A stretch of 63,880 nt of DNA, counting the filler, from Octopus bimaculoides (lineage: Eukaryota): NCBI RefSeq assembly GCF_001194135.2. It is 6 parts of 5 records of this genome, joined end to end, with 100 filler letters (N's around TTAATTAATTAA, not from the genome) between each part and the next. Parts side by side here need not be neighbours in the genome. Positions count along the whole stretch, not along the records: positions 30,033 to 47,410 come from NC_069001.1; positions 47,511 to 51,794 come from NC_068982.1; positions 51,895 to 61,261 come from NC_068988.1; 3 more parts are not named here. One strand, given 5' to 3'. Both the position numbers and the translations under genes were made by a program. How positions within the stretch are numbered: position 1 is the stretch's first letter; every line of letters begins with the position of its first letter. A model generated the notes under the pieces. The model had not been told where the DNA came from. It ran no database searches and saw nothing but the letters and a program-made list of their open reading frames with translations. Positions 38,883 to 53,089 of this stretch are shown in pieces.

Positions 38883-40060
38883 TTCTTTAAATGCAAGACT
38901 TGTACCGAATGTGAAAATTACGTATTTGGAAGAACACTACATAGCTAAGTTTAAAAAGACCGTTAGATGTAAGAACCCTAGATTACAGGATGTAGTATTG
39001 GGAGGAAAGTGATGAATACTACAAGTGGAGTTTAAATTAAATAGAAGTCATAGTAAACCACAAAAATCTTTTTTAAAAAATAAATTAAATGTTTGGTAAA
39101 AAATGTATGTAAGTGGAAAAAGAAAGGGGAATAATCCAGTAGATTTGTGTTTAGGGCATATGTTTACGTTCGTAAAATTTCGTAAATAAACGTGTAGCAA
39201 TAAATTTGCTTATAATGTGAATAGTTGATATGGGTAACCGTTAATAGGGTATCATGTTAATTACAGTAATTAACCTATGTGAATGGCAATACATAATATA
39301 ATTTCATAAAGCCTTAAACATTTAAATTATGTGAAGAAATGGATTTGCAATAAATGCATATTTAAATTCATATTCCAATAAAACGTGAATCACATGTACC
39401 ACGTATAGAACACGTTAAAATATAATTGAAGAAGAGTAGAGAATACAGTTTCAAGTTTACGGAAAAAAAATGCGAGTTCTTAACGCAAAAACTTAAATAC
39501 TTGTGTCTGGTAGTCACTATAAATAAGGTGACATCCGTCAGTATAAAGTGAGAGTACAACGTAGGCGGTCATAGACAGTCGTGTCATTACTGGTCTTACT
39601 AACTATACTGCCGTACCAGAGAGTGCGTTATAACAATCCGACGTGAAGGCTCACAACATTGGTTTCAAATGTTGGCTTCCGGCCAGTAAGATTGGGGATG
39701 AGGTAAGTGGCTCATATGGTTTCCAGTGCTCAACTGGTACTTATCTTAACAGCCTCAAACCGATGATAGACAAAGTCGAATCCGGCAGAATTCGACGTCA
39801 GAACGTGAAAACTGACGAAAAGTTGCTAAGCATTTCACTCGGCATTCTAACGATTCTGACTGCTGGAAGCTTATTATGTGTATAATATTGATGACAGAAA
39901 AATGAGTTAGACGTCCTGGAGGTGTCGTTTCATTATATTTATTAATATGCGTACGTAAAATTATTGAGTTTCTTAAATAAGTGATAGAATACTATTGATC
40001 TTCTTTTCTAGTTATGTACATGTATATGTACACACTAAAATTCCAAATACTCGCATATGT

Positions 40061-40161
<101 letters not shown>

Positions 40162-41385
40162 CGTGTGTGTGTGTGTGTAAACGTACACATACTCATATAT
40201 CACTGCATCTGTTTGTTTTGATTTAATCTAATTAATTATTTGTTCAACGGGTTAATCTCTAACGACTTCGAAAAAAACATTATATTAAAGATATTAAACT
40301 TATGAACTAATGAACATTTGAAATAATTTCAAAGAATGTAAACGACGATGCTCTTGAGGCTGGAATTAGAAGGCTTTGTAGTCGGCCTTTGTGGTTTGGC
40401 ACTGGCAGTTGATTTATGATTTATTGATGAGACTGTTTTTCTCTTTATAGAAAATTTAAAAACAAAAAATTTGACCTTACACTGCACCTTTAATTCCTTG
40501 CTTGCTTAGGTTTTATATTCTGTCTATAAGTAGTTTTTATGCATTTGTTTTGAAAGATTCCTGATGAGAAACTGTTTTCTTTCTTATTTTTGCCCAATGC
40601 TTCGAGTGAGATCAGGATGCATCTTAAAAAATGCAACTGATGTGAAGGAAACCTGAAATGGTTGCGAGATCTTAGGGCTTAACAGTTTTGTAAAATTAAC
40701 ATCAAAACATCCTGCTGGAAGAGAGAGATTAATTTGCCAAATACGTGTAGCAACAACTGCATGAGTGCTTTATTTCTGCATCAATAGAAACCAACTGATA
40801 GAATAAAAGAAGCAGCAACATCATCACAATTAGAGCAAAAATATAAACATCATCTTCGACAATAGTCACTATTATACCACCAAAATCAATAGCAGGACTT
40901 GTGTATAACGATTCCTCTCAGTTGATGCCCAAATCCAGCAACACGGATTGGTTAGTGAATTATTTAAGCGCTTTCTGACAGAGGCAATAATCAACAAAAT
41001 TGGTTTTGCCCGCAGGAGAAATGATTAGAATTGAATGCATAATGTTAAGTAAGGAAGGAAGTAGTTATAGCAAAATCTAAAAAGGAGTTTATTTTTAGGA
41101 ATTTAGAAGAAGATTTTAGGAAGGACATCTCAACCGACGTCCTTGAGAGACGAATGGCACTAACACCATTGTGCAATGCGAAGCATTAAAGCAGAGATGA
41201 CAGATTTAAATCAGGTGCTCTAAGCAACAAAAGGGTGAAAGCCGTTCAATGGACCCGAACGACAGAGTAGGGATTCGGCAAAAGAGTCACATTCGTTTTT
41301 AACAGATCATAGTGAGCATGTATTACTTATTCACACGCAGATGTGTTTGGCTTAACTGCATTATGTTCGATTGTTCAGTGAGAGG

Positions 41386-41448
41386 GGCGAGTCACGTTGC
41401 AGGAATGGTGAGTCACGTTGCAGGAGTGGCGAGTCACGTTGCAGACTT
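41386..41448. repeat. 3 x 21-bp tandem repeat
   Basis: GG(C/T)GAGTCACGTTGCAGGA(A/G)T units; the third unit ends in GACTT. Confidence 0.9.
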
Positions 41449-42689
41449 CAATGCCTATTTCAACAGTCTTTCACGAATATCGTTTATGGAACCGGAATGT
41501 CTGAAGAATCGAAAGTGACAACTGAAATACAAGAAGCGAATGCTAGTAACGAGGGCAGTAGACAGGTGATCTTGCATGATATACGAGTTATTTTTTCAGA
41601 ATTGTTCAGTGAACTCTTGTTAGATATCCATTGCAACTGGGAGTAGTTCGGTAAAGCGCAGGAAAAATTGTATTGTTTATAAAGGAATGCATATATTGTC
41701 AAGTATCAGCCCATATCTTTTCCGCATTCAGATGCCAAAATGTGGGCCAATGTTTTAGAGAATGGGCTGTCTTTTGTTATCGAGAGTATGAATGACGTGC
41801 TGAAGTGCGCTGTCTTGAATAGATCTATCCATTTCAGAATCCATGTAATGTTAATTATCATGAAAATGGTATGTAACGTGGCACCGGAGGAGCTCTGAAT
41901 CAATCAAAAGTCGAATATAGATAATTGAGCTGTCCTTTTATCAGCTGGATTTGGTTCCGTCTTCAGGTACTCTATGACCACAATGTACAGCGACATCTGT
42001 TTGATGACTATATTGAATGACTTTCTATTTGAACCACCCAATGCCCTGCATTTGTTGAGTTCTTTCCCTTTCTTATCACTTCCCTCCCCATCGTTTCTTT
42101 GTATTTGAACTTTATAATTTCAAATAAAAATTTTAGTGAAATATAAAAAAAGTGGAAAACAATACATGTTGACGAAGACGAAGATTACAGATGAAAGGTT
42201 TTGGACTTAAGACGTACAAAGTTAAAAGTGATGCCACAAATCACCTTCTCCAACGTTCTAACATTATGATAGTCTGTGGCTCTTAACTGCTACTTTATTC
42301 ATCAGTCGCAACAGGATGAAACGATAAGTTGACTCAGTATATAGAGAGCTAACCAAATAGCACAATGCATTCTATCCGTCGTTCTGAATGCCTCCAGCTA
42401 CTTCTGGGAGTCGATGAATCTTGTATCACTCGTGTAAATTGCATACTATGATAGACGATAAGCGGCTCTTTAACATTGAGGCATTTTGTACATATGTAAA
42501 GTAACTACAGGCACAAGTAGCAGCCGCAGTAGTAGTAGTAGTATTAGTATTAGTAGTAGTAGTAGTAGTAGTAATTTAATCGCACTCCTGCTGTGACATT
42601 GGGACAAAGTGATAATTCCACTGTTGTAATTTATATAATACTAACGTCACGATAGCTAGTAACTAGCTTCTGCTGCTGCTGCTGCTGCA

Positions 42690-42725
<36 letters not shown>

Positions 42726-45700
42726 GCTGCTGCTACTACTGAAACTGAAGCTGCCGCTGCTGTGTTACAACTGATGCTGCTTCTTTTAGTATTGAAAGTA
42801 TTTATTAACTAGCGGTAAATCTGAAAAATCTACAAGCAACACTTAAGATCAACAGTGGCTACTGTGGCAACACAGAGTGGGCATACGTATCACTGAGAGA
42901 TTCAGATCTCATATGGTTAGTTTTCCTGTTCTCTGCATTGGTTTGCAATTTCAATGTTGTTTTCACAGTAGCGTTGTGTTCACCGAAGAGATTTTGCGTA
43001 AAATTTGAAAGTGCATGTGCTAGGAAATGGATTGTATGTGCGATTCAAATGGCCTTCATAGTCACAGCATTTTCCCATGCTGATTCTATCCAATAGTTTT
43101 AATAATAGAGGGTAAATTATGCTCAACCATGTTAACAGCAATTCATTAAGCACGTATTTTGGTCGACCCAATGAAATACATGTGCTCAAACAAGAAAGAC
43201 AAATATTGAGAGCAGACGCAAACGTCACTGCGTTACTTTTCCAGCCATCTTTGACACAGGCTCTTATCATGTGGTGGAAGGCGTTACGTTCGCTATTGGT
43301 GGATCCATGTATTAAACACAGCATGACCAAGAAACACTGTTATGATGGTAGAGTTTGTTGCGGGATGTTTATATTTTGAGTTCTGAGTGACAGAGTTAAT
43401 CTATTATTGCGTGAAAATTATTTCCATATCTCTGAATGCTTTTGGTGGATTTTAACTGTTGCATGTTGAGTGAAGTATTCCGTTGCAAGCCGAAGATAAC
43501 CTCATACCGGGTTCCCATCAGTCCCGAAGTCTCTGAAAATATAAAACATGATGGACACCGATTTTTCGTCCATGTCAAAACTTAAAAATATATTAAATAT
43601 ATTACTAACAACACTTGCGGTCAATTTTAAATTAAACTTTCTCAAAGCAGTAATTGGAACTACAAGTCTACTTCCTTCACATGACGCCAGTCACCCACAT
43701 AATGAATCCCCATATAAAGATGTACTCATTTCAGTTGAGTACAACGTAAAATCAAGTCATTTGTTCAAGGACATGAGTTGTTACACGAGCCAGGAATGCA
43801 ACCGACGGTTTTAAGATGATCCTAATGATCTAACAAGTCGGCGAGCCTCCACTAATATCAAAATTATTTATAACGATGATTTAAGAACTGATTAACATTT
43901 TTGCAAGAGATCAGGAATTTAGTAGGGAGGGAACACTGCATGACATCCACCCCAGTATTTTACTTTATCAACCTCGAAAGGGCGAAATGTAATACTGAAC
44001 TGATTAATGAATTAATGATACTAATATCACTAGCATTAATCTTTCTTCACTTTGCTTCTATTGAAGTAAAAAAAGAGATGCAGTTGTCATGCTTATTGAA
44101 GTTATGACGATGACGTTATCTCATTGTACGTGAACTGGGTTTAGTTGGTGAACGGGATTCAGTGCTTCAATCTACAAAAGGCGTTCAAACGTCAATAGCT
44201 ATTTTAAAGCTCCTGAAGATAGTAAATAAACTACACAAAAATACAAATGGTCATTCTATATGTTTCCACACACACATACACCAACATATCGTGCATGCGT
44301 ATAGTACAAATCCCAAATTTCATTCAATAGAGCTTTATTTTAATGGATGTTATTAAAAAAAAAAAACGCTGGATCAATGATTTTTGAAATAGGATCTAAA
44401 CTGAAAGAAAGTAGTTAGAAAGTGAAATTCATAATTACAGAGCTAGCCTTTAGTGTTTCCTTTGAATTAGTATTGTTATTCTGTTGGCTTGAAATGACAG
44501 CACACTCCCAAGAAAATCATAGTCAAGGGTCTTATTTGAAGTAGTGTATTATGCATTTCACTTGAAATGTAGTTAAATGGTATCATTGTGGTTAAGGCCG
44601 GCCCAGAAGCTGTAAAACAGCAAAATAAATTTAACATTTCATTCCTTTATTCTTAGCTGGTTTCAGTTAATGAACTGTGTCTATGATGAGTTATCACTTT
44701 CATTGCATCCTTGGCCACTGTGCATCTCTCTCTATTCATTTTGGTAATTGTGTTATGGAAATCGTATTATCAATCTATCAGTTTAATGTAATATACCAGA
44801 ACGAAAAAAGAAAAAAAAAAACAAAGAAAATCTATCCGTATAAGCAAAAACACAAACATATATCTAATCATAAATATATATTCTTCATTCTTTCATCCTC
44901 TTATAAGTTTCAGCCCTAAGGCTGTGTCCATGATGGAGCATGTATGTATGCATATACAAAATACATTTGGCTTCTGAACGTACCGGTGTATAACATTTCA
45001 AAGCCACGCAACGGGTGAACCTGAAGTTACAATAGAAGACACTTTCGAAAATAGTATAAAATGAGATTGAAGCAACAACATTCATAACCAAACAACCTTA
45101 CCTGCCAATATCTGTACTATTATTACTCGCAATGTTAATCAATTCAAATCACATCATAATTACGTTCATTTTAAATTCAGTGGCATGTTTCTTGCTTTAC
45201 ATATCTCACTGCTATTAATCATTAAGCTCATTAATAGTCTTAAAGCTTTTGTAAATTCTTCGTGAATTTCTAATTTGCTAGAAACATCGGGAAAGTTTAC
45301 ATCATATCACACTCACCTTATTCAGAAAATAGAAAATATCTAATAATATATTCTTGCTTTAAATTTAATACAATTAAAAATGGGATCTCGTCGGCTGACC
45401 GTTGGTATTGATCAAAGACTTCTACAAATAGAGTTGATGTACTTTCAAACAACGATATAAGTTAAGCAAATTGAGATCTGTGTCTATCGAGACTGGTTTG
45501 AATCAAGTACGCTTATATTTACAATCACAAAACGACTTTCATCGAGGGTCAAGTTGAGATAACTGCAACAGAATCTCACTTGCATTTTATAACCTAGTGA
45601 TGGTAGACGGAGGTGACTGTAAAATGCCTGGTAGTATGACAATTTCCCCGATCCTTGGCGGTAGGCCCCTGGTCTGGTAGGCCACTTGCTGTGACACATA

Positions 45701-46766
45701 CTCCAGTGGTGACTTCGTGTGTTCAGCTAACAGCCAGGCTAAGAAAAGCAAACTGTCGAAGTATCAATCGCTATCTGCTGCGTTTATGGTCGAGATTCTG
45801 GTCGTGTACAGCCTCGACGTTGTCGGCCCCGGGTTATATCCCTACTCACCGCTATCGAGGCGAGGATGGCTATATGCATGTGCGAGCCTCATGAGTCAGA
45901 TGTCTGTTCCAGCACGTTTCCCTTATTTAATTGTAGGTCATTAACATTTGTGAGATAAGTTTTTGCGAATAGTTTGTGTTTAGTATGTATTTCGTGTGTA
46001 AGCGCTTTCGTTTTTCAACTTTTAAAAAATACGCATTGTGGGCTAGTATATAATGAGGAAATTGTTTTTTATATTTTACGTAATGGCGTCAACTGTTGCT
46101 GGTATAGTCTCCGATTTAGAATTGTTATATCGAATCCTTATTTTATCTTTGATAGTATGTAATTTTAATCTTATATTTTGTAAAAGGGGAACATTTCAGA
46201 TCTTTCATTTGTACAAATGTCTACATGTTTACAACATGTACTATTGTGATGGACAGGCAGGTAGACAAAAGAACAAATTTAATTTCAATCTACAACAATT
46301 GGGCTTCATGAACACGCGTCCATCTAAAACTAATTCCAAAACAAAAACAAACTACAAAACAAAGGCGACTGTGATGTTCATGATGGTAATAATGATGATG
46401 GTGAGGTTGATGACGATGGTTGTGGGTGTGGTGGTAGTGGCGATGATGATGATGGTGTGTGGATTATTAGTTGATTCTGGTGAAAATATTGTTGAAGACT
46501 ATGCAATAATAAACGCGATGACTATAATTTAAAAATAAAAAAATTGTTTTTTTTTTAAATAATAGCAATAATTACGCAAGTCCATGAGAAATATGTTTTC
46601 AATTGGGAAAATAATTATTCGAAAGAAAATAGCAATTCACATCATAAAGATAACTAAAACACAAGCTCTACCTAATATATATATATATATGTGTGCGTGT
46701 GTGTGTGCGTGTGTGTGTGTGTGTGTATCCAAACATACACATACGTATATTTACATTGAATTCATG

Positions 46767-46803
<37 letters not shown>

Positions 46804-47148
46804 TAAGAGAGAGGGAGAGAGAGTGAAAGAAAGAAGCACATAAGTAGATACATATCACAGAAATGCACACAGATATGAGAGTTAGAGTGGACGTGAGAGG
46901 CAAATGGCTGGGTGTGCACACATATATATATATATGTACACTATATATATAGCCGGGCATTGAGGTAAGGAATGGCAGTAAACAGAATAACAATGGTGAA
47001 AATGTACTAATATGCGACCATTTATAATTTTTAAGTAAGAAAACAACTTTAAACTTCTTGAATATTGGTAGACAAATAATACAGCATTGGAAAAAATGTA
47101 CGAGATGAATTCATTAAATCTGACTACAATTTTATATCTATCTATCTT

Positions 47149-47202
<54 letters not shown>

Positions 47203-47868
47203 ACGTTGGGAGTTGAATATTCCAGGATATTATAAATACATACACACTCACACACATACATGCAAATATACATATTAATATAGTAGAGGGCAAGGGTGTA
47301 TGAAGCTTGCTTCCCAACTAGATCGTTCTGGGTTCAGTTCCCGGGCCGACCCAAATATTCCTAGTGGATTTGGTAGACAAAAACGTAAAAAGCCCGCTGT
47401 ATATATATATNNNNNNNNNNNNNNNNNNNNNNNNNNNNNNNNNNNNNNNNNNNNTTAATTAATTAANNNNNNNNNNNNNNNNNNNNNNNNNNNNNNNNNN
47501 NNNNNNNNNNGTTTCTTTCAGTTTCCTTCTACCAAATCCACTCACAAGGCTTTGGTTGGCCCGAGGCTATAGTAGAAGGCGTTTGCCCAAGGTGTAACGC
47601 AGTGGGACTGAACCTGGAACCATGTGGTTGGGAAGCAAGCTTCTTACCACACAGCCATGCCTGCATCTATATGTGTATCTTTTTTTCTTTTGTCTTTTAT
47701 CTTGTACTTGTTTCAATCATGTGACTGCGGCCATGCTGGAGCACCACTTTGAAGAATTTTCGTCGAATGAATCGACCCAGTACATATTTTTTTAAAGCCT
47801 GGTACTTCTATCGGTCACTTAGGTCAAACCGCTAAGTTACAGGGACATAAATATACCAACACCGATTG

Positions 47869-47913
<45 letters not shown>

Positions 47914-48364
47914 GGGTTCCGTACAGTTTCCGTCTAATAAATTCCATTTCACTGTGTATAGGTGAACGCGAGGTGTGCCGCTCAGTGATGTCGAACCCAG
48001 AACCACGTGTCTGCGAAGCGAATTCCTTAACCGTACAATTATACCTGTATCCAAACAATTAGTGGATAAAACCTCCCTCTACGGTTGTTTAATATATAAC
48101 AAAACAGCAAAACTGCAATGATACCAATAAGTGTTGTGTCAGTGTCAATGGTCCCTTTATTTTCGCTGTCTCCTAGCTATATAGAAAGGGAGTTTTTGTG
48201 TTCTAATAGCGAAGATAATCGAGGTTTTGCAGTTCAGATTCTACCGTATGTGTATTTAGTAGGCGGAATACTCACCGGAAGTGGTTTCTCCTCGGCTCTG
48301 TTGTGTGTGTGCGTAAGTGTGTGTGTGTGCGTAAGTGTGTGTATGTGCGTGTGTGTGTGTGTGT

Positions 48365-48795
48365 GAATAGGTGCAGGCCTGACTGTGTGTTAAGAAGCGT
48401 ACTTCTCTTCCACATGTTTCCAGGTTCAATCCCACTGCGTGGCACCTTGAGCAAGTGTCTTCTATTATAGCCTTGGGCCGACCAAAGACTGGTGAATGGA
48501 TTTGGTAGACGGAAACTGAAAGAAGCCCGACGTATATATATATAGATATACATGTGTGTGTATGTGTGTGTGTGTGTGTGTGTGTGTTTGTCACCCACCA
48601 CAGCTTGACAACTGGTGTTGGTATGTTTACATTTCCGTAATTTAGCGGTTCGGCAAAACAAGACCGATAGAAAAAGGACCAATTTTTTTTTAAAATAAGT
48701 ACTATGATCGATTCATTCGACTAAAAAAAGAATCTTCAAGTCGGTGCCCCAGTATGGCCGCAGTCTAATGACCGAAGCAAGTAAAAGATAAAGGG
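48365..48795 (+). mobile_element. CORE-like SINE, full length
   Basis: Same family as 11470. Further copies or fragments near 20-95, 4460-4660, 6170-6345, 13828-13980, 15222-15345, 23780-23875, 28498-28670, 30165-30420, 44870-44945, 47290-47400, 47511-47665, 47695-48055, 50078-50228, 51476-51795, 61550-61640, 63655-63860. Confidence 0.85.
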
Positions 48796-48844
48796 CGAAA
48801 GATATTCTCACGCAATTACATGGATAGTTAAACAAATAGTTAAT

Positions 48845-48903
<59 letters not shown>

Positions 48904-49194
48904 GGAGGAGGGTAGGCACAAAACTACCAGATTTTCGCCTTCAATTCGTTTTCTGAGAAGCTCCGACAGCAAGTGAATTGTTACACGACTGGTCAGACAG
49001 GACTCTCAATTAAGGCCTTCACTCATCCGTTTCATGTCATAACAGGTCGAAAGTCACTAAATATAGCCTAATGATTTGTCAAAGCCGGCCTTGTACCACT
49101 TGCAGCGGGATTTCGTTTCGACATTTTAATCTGGTTGTCTTAATCTTGTTTCTCCTGTTCAGATGTTGATCTTTCATTCAGAGAGAATAGAAAG

Positions 49195-49305
49195 AAGAGG
49201 AAAAAGGAGAAGCAGAAGGAGGAAGAGGAGGAGAAGGAGGAAGAAGAAGAAGAAGAAGAAGAAGAAGAAGAAGAAGAAGAAGAAGAAGAAGAAGAAGAAG
49301 AAGAG
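49195..49305. repeat. (GAA)n/(GGA)n trinucleotide tract
   Basis: Direct read. Confidence 0.95.
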
Positions 49306-49501
49306 GAACAATACTTCACGGAAAACATTGTTTTTATTTGTTTTCTCGTGTTTTTTTTATTTGTATTTGTCTTTCGGTGTGTATGTATATGGATGTGTGT
49401 GTTTACATATGTATACATGTATGTATGTGTGTATGTATGTATGTGTGTGTGTATGTATGTATGTATGTATGTATGTATGTATGTATGTGTGTATGTATGT
49501 A

Positions 49502-49532
<31 letters not shown>

Positions 49533-50225
49533 ATGTATGTATGTTTGTATGTGTGAATGACTGACTGAATGCGTATGTGTGTGTATATGTGTATGTATAT
49601 ATGTCAATATATGTATGTATGTGTTTGTGTGAATGTATATATGATTGAATATGCATGTATATGTATGTTTGTGTCTGTACGTATGTGCATTAGTATACAT
49701 GTGTGCGTGTGTGTGTTTGTGTTTGTAAGTATGTGTATATATAATTAAATATGTACGTATACGTGTGCGTGTATAGTATTTCGTTTTGAAGAGCAGTAGG
49801 TAACGAATAGCTTGTGGCCTGACCATCGATTGAGGTGAGTGGTCAGTGCTTGGACATACATTATAAATTGTAAATACACACAACAACAAACACACAACAA
49901 ATACATACAATAAAACAATAAAACACAATAAAATAAAACATTAAAACCAGTAAAAACCCAGTAAAAATGTAGAAAATAATACGAAAGAAAGTGCAATGGC
50001 AAAGTCGACTGATTCTGTTGAGCGACGAAGGAACTGAATCGTTCAAGCCAACAAAAGAGAGTGTAAAAATAAATATATAGGCGCAGGAGTGTGGTAAGTA
50101 GCTTGCTTACCAACCACATGGTTTCGGGTTCAATCCTACTGCGTGGGCAAGTGTCTCCTACTATAGCCTCGGGCCGACCAAAGCCTTGTGAATGGATTTG
50201 GTAGACGCAAACTGAAAGAGGCCGG

Positions 50226-50256
<31 letters not shown>

Positions 50257-50946
50257 NNNNNNNNNNNNNNNNNNNNNNNNNNNNNNNNNNNNNNNNNNNN
50301 NNNNNNNNNNNNNNNNNNNNNNNNNNNNNNNNNNNNNNNNNNNNNNNNNNNNNNNNNNNNNNNNNNNNNNNNNNNNNNNNNNNNNNNNNNNNNNNNNNNN
50401 NNNNNNNNNNNNNNNNNNNNNNNNNNNNNNNNNNNNNNNNNNNNNNNNNNNNNNNNNNNNNNNNNNNNNNNNNNNNNNNNNNNNNNNNNNNNNNNNNNNN
50501 NNNNNNNNNNNNNNNNNNNNNNNNNNNNNNNNNNNNNNNNNNNNNNNNNNNNNNNNNNNNNNNNNNNNNNNNNNNNNNNNNNNNNNNNNNNNNNNNNNNN
50601 NNNNNNNNNNNNNNNNNNNNNNNNNNNNNNNNNNNNNNNNNNNNNNNNNNNNNNNNNNNNNNNNNNNNNNNNNNNNNNNNNNNNNNNNNNNNNNNNNNNN
50701 NNNNNNNNNNNNNNNNNNNNNNNNNNNNNNNNNNNNNNNNNNNNNNNNNNNNNNNNNNNNNNNNNNNNNNNNNNNNNNNNNNNNNNNNNNNNNNNNNNNN
50801 NNNNNNNNNNNNNNNNNNNNNNNNNNNNNNNNNNNNNNNNNNNNNNNNNNNNNNNNNNNNNNNNNNNNNCATATATTCAAAATGTAACCTCATGTGAATC
50901 GCTGGCGGTTTTCTTCCTCCGTCTTCCCTTCTATTGGACTTTCCTC

Positions 50947-50983
50947 TATTTCCGAAGAAGAGCGTCTGCTCGAAACGTTAACT
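50947..50983 (+). ncRNA. Variant hammerhead-like motif
   Basis: CCGAAGA-A-GAGC GTCT GCTC-GAAA-CG-TT; U4C change in the core and weak helix I. Confidence 0.4.
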
Positions 50984-51598
50984 CCTCTTTCTTTCCTTTC
51001 CTGAGCGTCTGCTAATACTTTACATGTGCCACGTCCTCGCGTTGTTGTTTTTTGTGTTTGTTCTTTTTTGGATTTACTATATATATATATACATATATCT
51101 ATATCTATACATATAAATTTGACATGGGCGATTCTCTGTTGCCTTGGGATTCACAGTCAAACAGCAAGATGGAATTGCGCGGAAACTTACACAGATGTGA
51201 AGAATGATCCGGTGGTGATGCTGGGCTTTGTATTTTTTCATAGCTTCCATGGTTACCAAGATAATCTACTATAATGATACTCATGTGTTTATGAATGAGA
51301 AAGGAAAGGGTGATAGATGAATAAGGAAGGAAGGGGTGATGTCATACTTGGTAGTGGGATGATGAAAACTGTACGCTGAAAAAATAAATCAAACAGCGTT
51401 TCAACTCTGTGTGAATATATCTGTGTGTATGTAAAGGGGAGTATGTGAATGTGTGTGTGTGTGTGTGCGTGTGTATCGTAAGTAGCTTGCTTACCAACCA
51501 CATGGTTCCGGGTTCAGTCCCACTACGTGGCACCTTGGGCCTCGGGCCGACCAAAGCCTTGTGAGTGGATTTGATACACAGAAACTGAAAGAAGCCTG

Positions 51599-51634
<36 letters not shown>

Positions 51635-51894
51635 TTGTGTGTCTGTATTTATCCACCCATCACTTGACAACCGACGCTGGTGTGTCTACGTCCCCGTAAC
51701 TTAGCAGTTCGGCAAAAACGACCGATAGAATAAGTACTAGGCTTACAAAGAATAAGTCCTGGCGTCGATTTGTTCGACTAAAGGCATTTCTCCANNNNNN
51801 NNNNNNNNNNNNNNNNNNNNNNNNNNNNNNNNNNNNNNTTAATTAATTAANNNNNNNNNNNNNNNNNNNNNNNNNNNNNNNNNNNNNNNNNNNN

Positions 51895-52001
51895 TACCTT
51901 TTGCTTGATGGTTTCTATGGTGGCATCAATGTCAACTATGGTTTTCATGTTATATTTTTTCTTTAGTTTTTGGGTCTTTGTAGGTTTGATACTCTTGTCA
52001 A

Positions 52002-52005
<4 letters not shown>
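51895..52005 (-). mobile_element. Probable 5'-truncated R4/Dong fragment starting after (AAT)n
   Basis: KLKKKYNMKTIVDIDATIETIKQKV resembles the pre-RT region of this clade; runs into a gap. Confidence 0.5.
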
Positions 52006-52100
<95 letters not shown>

Positions 52101-53003
52101 TATTATTATTATGATTATTCATCTTCTAAAAGCTCCGTTAATAATCTTTGTTGTTCTAAGCAATTTAACGGTTCGTTCTGTCCATACCACTACCATCGCC
52201 TTTTATATATTGTATCTTTTATATCCTATCTTCACACGTTTTGTGATTTTAACTCATTCCTCCGAAATAGCTTCAGCTTCGTGACAAATCCGTCATATCT
52301 TATTCCCCTCTTTCTTTCTTTCTTTCTTTCTTTTTGTTCTTTCTGCTCCTTTCACTCTTCCTCCCTCTTGTCCTTGTCTTCCTTCAAAAGCAGCCTAATT
52401 AAAAATGAAGAACAAAAGAAATAAAATAAAACAAAATGAACTTTAAAATAAGAAAATTTGTAAACCGATTGCAAAAATGAATTGAGAGAGTGGGAGGCTG
52501 CGAAAATTAGGGTGAGTTTGGTGGGTAGGAAGAAGCGACAGAAGAAAGGAAGGACATAGTACCGCAGTTGATTTACCACCATCTGGTATTTGAATTGAGA
52601 AGTTTTCTAATGATGTTGGATTTTAGTTGAGGTAAACGGGTGAGAGGTGAATATCTGCAGGTGCAAAAACAACAACAACAAATTCCTTGTGATGGCCGCC
52701 TTGTTTTCGTTTATTTGAGTGATTTGGTGACTGTCAACGACATCCTCAACGCGATGTCACTATGACGATCTCAATTTTTTTTTCCCATTTCATGTGTTTA
52801 TTTATTTATTTATTTATATTGGAATAACTTTTGCAACTGTGAGCTTTGCTGTTTATATTTTGTTTCCTTTTATTCCATGAATTTCTTTGTATTTATACTT
52901 ATTAACTGTTTCAGTTCTTTATACATTTGTGTGTTTGTTAATCTTTATAAATTACAATGTGGCAGACAGACAGACAGACAGATAAATAGATAGATAGATA
53001 GAC

Positions 53004-53073
<70 letters not shown>

Positions 53074-53089
53074 GTCTGCTCCAGTCTAT

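Noticed and set aside
41386-41448. Regularly spaced repeats as a CRISPR candidate
   Set aside because: Head-to-tail tandem units with no unique spacers, in a eukaryotic context.
42520-42760. (TAG)n facing (CTA)n/(CTG)n tracts able to fold back
   Set aside because: Low-complexity trinucleotide repeats; complementarity is expected by chance.
43119-43379. NVTALLFQPSLTQALI resembling the pogo DDE motif NTTSLIQPLDQGII
   Set aside because: Upstream catalytic context does not match; too weak to call.
49140-49928. 262-aa His/Thr/Tyr/Ser-rich ORF
   Set aside because: Translation of compound microsatellites.
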